DNA of 64,000 nucleotides from Oceanispirochaeta sp. (lineage in GTDB: Bacteria; Spirochaetota; Spirochaetia; DSM-2461), in NCBI GenBank assembly GCA_963666275.2, contig CAXXOA010000002.1:928001-992000 (forward strand), in the 5' to 3' direction. Numbering within the stretch: position 1 is the first letter of the stretch; each line of letters begins with the position of its first letter. The notes beneath the pieces are model-generated. The model searched no databases and had not been told where the DNA came from. It worked only from the letters and a program-made list of their open reading frames with translations. Made by a program: the position numbers and the translations under genes. Below, piece after piece: positions 57,166 through 64,000 of the stretch.

Positions 57166-58375
57166 ACAGATCGCCGGCGCTGTCCAGGATGGTGAGAAAC
57201 CGGTCCACCTCCTCTGATGTGTTATAGAAATAGAGGCTGGCTCTGGCTGTGGAAAGGGCATTCATTTTTTTTGCCAGGATATGGGCACAGTGATGGCCGG
57301 CTCTTACCGCCACACCCCGACTGTCCAGATACTGGGTCAGGTCATGGGCATGGACTCCCTCTTTCATGAAGGCGGCAATTCCCCCCCGAACAGGGGCCTT
57401 GCCGAAAACTTTCACACCCTGAATCTGCTCCAGACCCTTCAGAAGCCTTTTTGTCAGAGAGGATTCCATACTGTGGATCCTTTCCATTCCCAGGGCTGAC
57501 AGATAGTCCACAGCAGCTCCCAGTCCGATTGCCCCGGAAATATTGGGTGTGCCCGCTTCAAATTTGTGGGGGAGGGTATTCCATTCGCTATGGTCATGAT
57601 ACACACTCCGGATCATTTCTCCTCCCCCTTTCCAGGGCGGGAGCTTCTCCAGGTATGAGGCTTTGCCGTATAAAACGCCGATCCCCGTGGGACCGCACAT
57701 TTTATGCCCTGAAAAAGCAAGGAAATCACAATCCAGATCCTGTACATCCACACTCATATGGGGAACACTCTGAGCTCCGTCCAGAAGGACCGGGATATCC
57801 CTTTTATGGGCTTCTTCAATAAGGGCCTTTACATCGTTAACCGTCCCCAGCACGTTGGACATATGGGTCACAGCCACTATCCTGGTTTTATCGGACCAGA
57901 GTGTTTCCAGAGTCTCTGTATCCAGGGTCCCGTCGGGGAGAACCGGTATGTATTTCAATGTGAGGCCGTACTGTTCAGAGGCAATCTGCCAGGGAACAAT
58001 ATTGCTGTGATGGTCCATTTCGCTCAGGATGATCTCGTCACCGGGAGAGGTAAAGGCCCGGCAGAACGAGGAAGCTGCCAGATTGATGCTGTCTGTGGTT
58101 CCCGAGGTAAAGATTATCTCCCGGTTCTCCCGGGCATTTATAAACCTGGCTACCTTGCTGCGGGCGTCCTCGTACTGCCTGGTGGATTCTTCTCCCCAGC
58201 GGTGAATCGCCCTGTACACATTGGCGTTATAGTTTGTGTAGTACCCTGAGACGGCTTCCAGGACAGCCAGAGGTTTCTGAGTAGTCGCCGCATTATCCAG
58301 ATAGATATAGTCCCCGGATCCGGGGGCCGCGAAAATGGGGAAATCCTTCCGGATTTCATTCACTGTTTTTGTCAA
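57158..58375 (-). CDS. sufS: Cysteine desulfurase SufS
   Basis: YLDNAATTQKP, FSGHKMCGPTG and RAGHHCA motifs. Confidence 0.95.
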   Translation of the reverse strand: MTKTVNEIRKDFPIFAAPGSGDYIYLDNAATTQKPLAVLEAVSGYYTNYNANVYRAIHRWGEESTRQYEDARSKVARFINARENREIIFTSGTTDSINLAASSFCRAFTSPGDEIILSEMDHHSNIVPWQIASEQYGLTLKYIPVLPDGTLDTETLETLWSDKTRIVAVTHMSNVLGTVNDVKALIEEAHKRDIPVLLDGAQSVPHMSVDVQDLDCDFLAFSGHKMCGPTGIGVLYGKASYLEKLPPWKGGGEMIRSVYHDHSEWNTLPHKFEAGTPNISGAIGLGAAVDYLSALGMERIHSMESSLTKRLLKGLEQIQGVKVFGKAPVRGGIAAFMKEGVHAHDLTQYLDSRGVAVRAGHHCAHILAKKMNALSTARASLYFYNTSEEVDRFLTILDSAGDLFI

Positions 58376-58378
58376 TTC

Positions 58379-59620
58379 TCAACCTCTGTTCAGATGTTTC
58401 AGCCCTTCCCGCATAATCCATCCGGTCAGTTCCGGGGGATTCCCTTTCAGGTTCTCTCCCATCTTGCCTTCAATAAGCATTTTCCGGGATTCTTCTCCTG
58501 ATAAGCCCCTGCTCTGAAGGTAGAACAGCTGGGCAGGGTCCAGTTTTCCCGTGGTGGAGCCGTGACTGCATTTTACATCATCTGTGAGGATCTTTAAACC
58601 GGGGATGGCATCTGCCCGGGCGCCGTTGGAAAGTATCAGATTTTTGTTGCTCAGATAGGCATCTGTTCCCGGGGCATCATGCTCCACCCGGATCATCCCC
58701 TGAAAAATCGATCGCCCCCTGTTTTCGGCAAATCCGTCGAACTCGGCCCTGCTGGCTGTATGGGGAGCCTGATGTTTCTGCTCTATCCTGATGTCCTTAT
58801 GCTGTCCTTTGCCGGATACAGAAAATCCATGGACATGAAGATCTGCTCCCGTTCCCTGGAGGGAGTAAATGCTGTTTGTTTTGACAGTTCCTCCTCCCAG
58901 ATGGAGCAGGGTGAAATCCAGGGAACTGTGAGTCTCCTGGGAGTAGAGGGATTCCTCCACGTAACGGCTCTCTGTTCCCAGGTTCTGAATCTGGGTCATC
59001 TTTACATGGGCATTAGGGCCGATATGGCTGCGGATCAGAGTATTTACAAGTTCTCTATCTTTTTCATCCTCCCGCCCGTTGAAGTGCAGTATCAGATGTC
59101 CCTGCCAGCCCGTCTCAAAGCGGAAAAAAAGTTTCGGCATGGAGAGGCCGTCCCGGGTGAGGGCATTCAAATGAATATGCAGAGGTTTTTCAAGGATGCT
59201 GTTTGCCGGAAAGGTGAGGGCCAGGAAAGGGTTGGAAGAACTTTCGTTCCAGGCGGAGAACCTGTCGGCCCATCCCCCGGGATAAAAGCTGTCCATCTCA
59301 TCGGCCGGAATGGTAATGAGAAATTCCTCCGTGACGATTTCGGGAAATCCCGGCCGGCTGGGGTCAGTACCCGAAAGGGTGAGGTCTTTACCGTTGAATA
59401 TGATCTTTCCGGCGTTCTCTTCCTGAACTTCCGGAAATCCCGCCCGGGCCGGAGGATCCTCCGGGGCCGGCAGATTGTGAAAACTTTCGGGATTGATAAG
59501 ATCCACCGGTGTCCGTCTCCACAGTTCCTGCTTTCTGACGGGCCAGCTCATTCCATTGAGAACCTCCCGGGCCCGTATTCTATTGTTTTCGACTCTGTCT
59601 TTAATTATTTCAGTGTTCAT
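58379..59620 (-). CDS. sufD: Fe-S cluster assembly protein SufD
   Basis: PGLKILTDDVKCSHG and FYLQSRGL motifs; located after sufB. Confidence 0.88.
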   Translation of the reverse strand: MNTEIIKDRVENNRIRAREVLNGMSWPVRKQELWRRTPVDLINPESFHNLPAPEDPPARAGFPEVQEENAGKIIFNGKDLTLSGTDPSRPGFPEIVTEEFLITIPADEMDSFYPGGWADRFSAWNESSSNPFLALTFPANSILEKPLHIHLNALTRDGLSMPKLFFRFETGWQGHLILHFNGREDEKDRELVNTLIRSHIGPNAHVKMTQIQNLGTESRYVEESLYSQETHSSLDFTLLHLGGGTVKTNSIYSLQGTGADLHVHGFSVSGKGQHKDIRIEQKHQAPHTASRAEFDGFAENRGRSIFQGMIRVEHDAPGTDAYLSNKNLILSNGARADAIPGLKILTDDVKCSHGSTTGKLDPAQLFYLQSRGLSGEESRKMLIEGKMGENLKGNPPELTGWIMREGLKHLNRG

Positions 59621-59630
59621 ATGCCTTCCT

Positions 59631-61025
59631 CTATCCTACGGATCCTTCCATTTCAAGTTCGATCAGTCTGTTCAGTTCCACCGCATATTCCATAGGCAGC
59701 TGTTTGACCAGAGGATCAATAAAACCATTGACGATCATCATGGCGGCATCCTGTTCGCTCAGGCCCCGGCTCATCAGATAGAACAGCTGGGTTTCGCTGA
59801 TTCTGCTGACCCTGGCTTCATGTTCTATGGAGGCGTCGTCTGTTCCTATCTCCATATAGGGGTAGGTGTGGCTGCTGGATTCGCTGTCCAGAATGAGGGC
59901 ATCGCAGACCACGGCGGACCGGACATTTTTCAACCCCGGTTTGGCTTTCACAAGGCCCCTGTAGGCGGAGGATCCTCCCCCGCGGCTGATGGATTTGGAG
60001 GTAATCACCGAGGTCGTATTGTCTGCGGCATGGATGACCTTTCCTCCCGTATCCTGTTCCTGTCCCTTCCCGGCAAAGGCAATGGAGAGAATCTCTCCGT
60101 GAGCTCTCTCTCCCAGAAGAAAGACAGAGGGGTATTTCATTGTCTTTTTACTGCCGATATTGCCGTCCACCCACTCGACAGTGGCGTCTTCATAGGCAAA
60201 GGCTCTTTTCGTTACAAGATTGTACACATTGGAGGACCAGTTCTGGATGGTCGAATAGCGTACCCGGGCCCCTTTCTTGGCTATGATCTCCACAACCGCA
60301 CTATGAAGACTGTCTGTGGTGTACACAGGGGCGGTACAGCCCTCTATGTAGTGAACAAAACTGCCCTCGTCGGCAATAATCAGAGTCCTTTCAAACTGGC
60401 CGAAATTTTTCGTGTTGATCCGGAAGTATGCCTGCAGGGGGATATCCACATGAACCCCTTTGGGGATGTAGACGAAGCTTCCTCCCGACCAGACGGCGGA
60501 ATTCAGAGCTGCAAACTTGTTGTCCCCGTAGGGAATCACTGTGCCGAAGTACTCTTTCACAAGCTCGGGATGCTCCCTGACCGCTGTTTCGGGGTCACAG
60601 AAAATCACGCCCTGATCTTCCAGATGCTTTTTCAGGTTGTGATAGACCACCTCAGAGTCATACTGGGCTCCCACTCCTGCCAGAAAGTTCCTTTCCGCTT
60701 CGGGAATCCCCAGGCGGTCGTAGGTTTCTTTGATATCATCGGGCAGCTCATCCCAGGAGCCCGACTGCTGGTCAGTGGGTTTGACGTAGTAGAAAATATC
60801 ATTAAAATTTATCCCCGAGAGATCCACACCCCATCCGGGCATGCTCTTCCTTCTAAATGCCTCAAGGGATCTGAGACGGAAGTTCAGCATCCAGTCCGGT
60901 TCTCCTTTGTGTCTGCTGATATCCCTGACAACCTGTTCATCCAGACCCTTTCTGGATTTGAAAACGGACCTTTCCGGGTAGTTGAAACCGTATTTGTAAT
61001 CTTCCTGTACCAGTGTTTTATCCAT
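59631..61025 (-). CDS. sufB: Fe-S cluster assembly protein SufB
   Basis: [14 protein letters not shown] and [13 protein letters not shown]...EGSVG motifs. Confidence 0.96.
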   Translation of the reverse strand: MDKTLVQEDYKYGFNYPERSVFKSRKGLDEQVVRDISRHKGEPDWMLNFRLRSLEAFRRKSMPGWGVDLSGINFNDIFYYVKPTDQQSGSWDELPDDIKETYDRLGIPEAERNFLAGVGAQYDSEVVYHNLKKHLEDQGVIFCDPETAVREHPELVKEYFGTVIPYGDNKFAALNSAVWSGGSFVYIPKGVHVDIPLQAYFRINTKNFGQFERTLIIADEGSFVHYIEGCTAPVYTTDSLHSAVVEIIAKKGARVRYSTIQNWSSNVYNLVTKRAFAYEDATVEWVDGNIGSKKTMKYPSVFLLGERAHGEILSIAFAGKGQEQDTGGKVIHAADNTTSVITSKSISRGGGSSAYRGLVKAKPGLKNVRSAVVCDALILDSESSSHTYPYMEIGTDDASIEHEARVSRISETQLFYLMSRGLSEQDAAMMIVNGFIDPLVKQLPMEYAVELNRLIELEMEGSVG

Positions 61026-61785
61026 GAACAGCCTCCCGTACAGCCATCTTGTCTTTAATCCAGTTATAGCTGTTGGCCTCCAGCTGCTCTATAAGCTCCA
61101 TACCTCCGGAAGTGATAATCTCCCCTTCGTACATAATGTGCAGAAAGTCGGGCTGCACATGGTCCAGGATCCTCTGATAGTGGGTGATGATTAGGCCGCC
61201 GAAACTCTCTCCCCTTATGGAATTGATCCCTTTGGATACAATTTTAAGGGCATCCATATCCAGACCGGAATCGGTTTCGTCCATCAGGGCAAACCGGGGT
61301 TTCATCATCAGCATCTGGAGTATCTCCATCCTCTTCTTTTCTCCCCCCGAGAAACCTTCGTTCAGGTTCCGGTTGATAAAGCCCTGGTCCATTTCCAGGA
61401 AGTCCATTTTTTCTCTCAGTTCTTTAATATACCCTGTCATATTCAGGGGGGCCTCTGGATTAAGGGCCTCCAGGCTACGTTTCAGAAACTTACCCACGGT
61501 CACGCCCGGAATTTCCACAGGGTACTGGAAGGCCAGAAACAGCCCTGCCGCAGCCCTTTCGGGGATATCCATTTCAAGGAGGTTCTCTCCGTCCAGGAGT
61601 ACCTCCCCGCCGGTGACCGTGTAATCGGGATGACCTGCCAGTACATTGGCCAGAGTACTCTTGCCCGAGCCGTTGGGGCCCATCAGGGCATGCACCTCGT
61701 TGGTGTTTATCGTCAGGTTTATACCCTTCAGTATGGGTTTCCCCTCTATTTCAGCTTTTAAATCTCTGATTTCCAGTTTACTCAT
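61018..61785 (-). CDS. sufC: Fe-S cluster assembly ATPase SufC
   Basis: [28 protein letters not shown] and DETDSGLD motifs. Confidence 0.96.
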   Translation of the reverse strand: MSKLEIRDLKAEIEGKPILKGINLTINTNEVHALMGPNGSGKSTLANVLAGHPDYTVTGGEVLLDGENLLEMDIPERAAAGLFLAFQYPVEIPGVTVGKFLKRSLEALNPEAPLNMTGYIKELREKMDFLEMDQGFINRNLNEGFSGGEKKRMEILQMLMMKPRFALMDETDSGLDMDALKIVSKGINSIRGESFGGLIITHYQRILDHVQPDFLHIMYEGEIITSGGMELIEQLEANSYNWIKDKMAVREAVHG

Positions 61786-61820
61786 ATTATTAATCTCCTC
61801 TAATTTACGTCTTCTCTTGT

Positions 61821-61875
61821 CTTTTCGCCCCCGCTAAAGTGTGCTCTCTTAAGGTTCCTGAGCGGAGTCGAAGGG
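61821..61875. repeat. REP-like element of the CTGAGCGGAGTCGAAGGG type with a degenerate inverted partner
   Basis: GGTTCCTGAGCGGAGTCGAAGGG (61853-61875) and an imperfect complement CTTTTCGCCCCCGCTAAA (61821-61838). Confidence 0.45.
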
Positions 61876-61883
61876 CTGAAGGG

Positions 61884-62216
61884 TCAGATAGGGTATCCCA
61901 TGGCCACCCTGAGCTCCTCCGAGGCAAAATTGATCTGCCAGGGGGGATCGTACACCTGCATGGTTCTGACCTTTTCAGCCCAGGGATTCAGTTTCCGGAG
62001 CCTGCCCTGAATCATCCTTTCCAGATCAGGGCCCCAGGGGCATCCCGGGTAGGTCAGGGTAAAATCCACCTCAATCGTGGTTTCATCCTTTACTTCGACT
62101 CTGTAGATCAGTCCCAGCTGGGTAATGGGTGCCATGATTTCAGGGTCATATATTTCATCGAGCTGATGAAAGATTTTATCTTCCAGAGCTTTTTTATCTT
62201 TTTCTGTTTCTTCCAT
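61884..62216 (-). CDS. Metal-sulfur cluster assembly factor (DUF59/SufT-like)
   Basis: DPE..LGLIY, TLTYPGCP and PPW motifs; AGGAG before ATG 62216. Confidence 0.88.
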   Translation of the reverse strand: MEETEKDKKALEDKIFHQLDEIYDPEIMAPITQLGLIYRVEVKDETTIEVDFTLTYPGCPWGPDLERMIQGRLRKLNPWAEKVRTMQVYDPPWQINFASEELRVAMGYPI

Positions 62217-62342
62217 AAACTGCTCCTGCATCAGATTTTTTTTCTGCAAAAAAAAGAACAACCATTCTGGAAATTCTCATTATTTGTCAGTAGACTTATA
62301 TAAGAGAGATAGCTAAAGCTAACTCGATTAGTCTATAATAAA

Positions 62343-62367
62343 ATATATTACTAATAGAGTAATATAT
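62343..62367. promoter_or_regulatory. 10-5-10 palindrome in the divergent suf / flavodoxin promoter region
   Basis: ATATATTACT-aatag-AGTAATATAT perfect inverted repeat. Confidence 0.5.
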
Positions 62368-62389
62368 CAAGGATTGCAGGAGGAGATTT

Positions 62390-62989
62390 ATGAATATAAC
62401 AGCTGTTTCAGCCAATCCGGATCCGTCGTCTCTGTCCGGTCAGATCTTTCATGAGACTTCGGCAATCCTGAAGATGCATGCCCATAAGGTTTACTATCAG
62501 GACCTCTATACAGACCATTTCAATCCGGTCCTCACAAAGGCTGAGATTGACAGGCGTTTTTCCCTGGATAATGAAGTCAGCCGCTATGCGGGGGAACTTG
62601 TCAGTTCCGAAGGTATTTTCATTGTCCATCCCGACTGGTGGGGTGGTCCTCCCGCTATCCTGAAAGGCTGGGTCGACAGAGTCTTCCGGCCCGGTATCGC
62701 CTACGATACGGACAGGGAGTTTCCCGGAGATCCCGGGGAACATCACCCTTTGCTGTCGGGAAAACGTGCCATTGTGGTCTGTCTGTCCGACAACAAAGCA
62801 GACAATGAAATTCTGAGAGTCTTCTGGGAAGAGAAAGTTTTCAGCTGGTGCGGTCTGAAAGATTTCCGCATGTTCCATCTGAACGATATGTCTTCCCGGT
62901 CCTATGAGGACATTGCCGACTGGAAGCGTCTGGTCGTAAAAGATTCTATCCGGTTTCTTACAGGGGAAGTTGTAAAGAACGTAGTCTGA
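62390..62989 (+). CDS. NAD(P)H-dependent oxidoreductase (flavodoxin_2 / quinone reductase family)
   Basis: DLY...FNPVL and HPDWWGGPPAILKGWVDRVF motifs; AGGAGGAG RBS. Confidence 0.9.
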   Translation: MNITAVSANPDPSSLSGQIFHETSAILKMHAHKVYYQDLYTDHFNPVLTKAEIDRRFSLDNEVSRYAGELVSSEGIFIVHPDWWGGPPAILKGWVDRVFRPGIAYDTDREFPGDPGEHHPLLSGKRAIVVCLSDNKADNEILRVFWEEKVFSWCGLKDFRMFHLNDMSSRSYEDIADWKRLVVKDSIRFLTGEVVKNVV

Positions 62990-63070
62990 ATCTCTTTTCA
63001 GAGGATCAGGGATTCGGCTTTAAGGCTTTTAGCCCAGAGAAATCTAAGCAGCAGGAGATAAAACAAAATC

Positions 63071-64000
63071 ATGAAATTTTTAAAATCCACATTTTTCGTA
63101 TCACTATTGGTCCTGGTTTTTACAGGATGCGGAAGGGACCTGGGGTTTTCCCCGTCAGGGACATCCCTCAGCCTATCCCTGAGCTTTCCCGAGTCCGGGG
63201 CTTCAGGAAGTTCCCGGCTGATCCATTCCGAATCGGACCTTCTCACAGTCTCATTGACTTATCCTGACGGGAATGTGATAGAGGCGGAATTTGAGAGATC
63301 CGACTCTGAATCCACTCTGGAAGTTCTCGTAGAAGAGCTGGAACCCGCCGACGGGGTGGAGCTCTATGTTTCTCTGGGTCTGGCCGAGGGGAACCTGATT
63401 CTATCCGATGCTTCTTCCACCATTGATATCGTCCAGGGGGAGAGCATCCCCGTTGATCTGATACTGGAACCTGTGGTTTATGATATTGAAGTAACCTTTA
63501 AAGACAGAAATGGTTCTGCCCTGACGGATTATACACTCCTCTATGATAAGGATATGACAGGTTCTACTTATAAAAATCAGGTTACAACAGACAGCAGCGG
63601 GAAGCTTCCCATGTCCATATCCACCGACAATCTCTATACCTATACATTCTATGAAATGAGTATCTCCCAGGAAGAAGCTACCTACTATATGGCCAGGAAC
63701 GGTCTCCAGGTGCTTCAGTCCGGTCCGGATTATGAAATTGTCGCCCGGCCTGAATTATTTCTGGACATTGATGTTGTGTCTGATGTGGGGCAGCCTCTTT
63801 CCGGTGTCAGAGTAGAGCTGCAGTATACAGTGGACGGGCAGACTTATCAGTCCAAAGATCTGGATACGACCGATGGGAACGGACATATGTTTTTTCATTC
63901 CTACGATGATTCCGCACTGACAGCTTTCTGGGAAAATGTAAGCGCCTACACCTCCCAGAATCTTATATTTAATCTAGTCGATGCCAGTCAGGATATTTAC
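63071..64000 (+). CDS. Putative lipoprotein, 3'-truncated by the window edge (absent from the ORF track)
   Basis: Hand translation: MKFLKSTFFVSLLVLVFTG-C lipobox, and the frame stays open to position 64000. Confidence 0.8.
   Translation, partial: MKFLKSTFFVSLLVLVFTGCGRDLGFSPSGTSLSLSLSFPESGASGSSRLIHSESDLLTVSLTYPDGNVIEAEFERSDSESTLEVLVEELEPADGVELYVSLGLAEGNLILSDASSTIDIVQGESIPVDLILEPVVYDIEVTFKDRNGSALTDYTLLYDKDMTGSTYKNQVTTDSSGKLPMSISTDNLYTYTFYEMSISQEEATYYMARNGLQVLQSGPDYEIVARPELFLDIDVVSDVGQPLSGVRVELQYTVDGQTYQSKDLDTTDGNGHMFFHSYDDSALTAFWENVSAYTSQNLIFNLVDASQDIY

Noticed and set aside
59493..61058. 521-aa plus-strand ORF (and 58679-59695)
   Set aside because: Antisense to sufB/sufD with no recognisable domain; shadow ORFs.

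Overview
This is a core-chromosome window from a free-living spirochete-like bacterium. The Spirochaetaceae assignment is an inference from the FabV-containing fab operon, the 'FAxGxxE' signal peptide and several spirochete-style hypothetical proteins. It contains about 58 CDSs and five tRNAs. In order: DbpA-RBD and OmpA-family genes; an acyltransferase/zinc-ribbon membrane protein pair; fabH-fabD-fabG-fabF-fabZ-fabV (no acpP) plus a TetR gene; a purine/nucleoside salvage cluster (HAD nucleotidase, NCS2 permease, ade, ndk, BMP-ABC transporter); sppA-tatD-argA; thyA-folA; an intact-looking IS1182-family element with 19-bp terminal IRs; ppnP; a TolC-MFP-RND-PII-like operon; tRNA His-Arg-Lys-Leu-Gly followed by tig-clpP-clpX-lon; a RarA fusion; a metallophosphoesterase-GmhB-like fusion; and a suf operon split by a histidine kinase/response regulator pair. 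I saw no CRISPR array, prophage or recognisable defence island. The best leads are: a shared CTTGTCTGAC operator-like motif in the purine cluster; an SppA with an extra beta-rich N-terminal domain; the acyltransferase pair; the phosphoesterase-HAD fusion; the two-component pair separating sufU from sufS; and a 15-bp duplication of the tRNA-Gly 3' end upstream of tig. All family assignments come from motif recognition by eye, not database searches.
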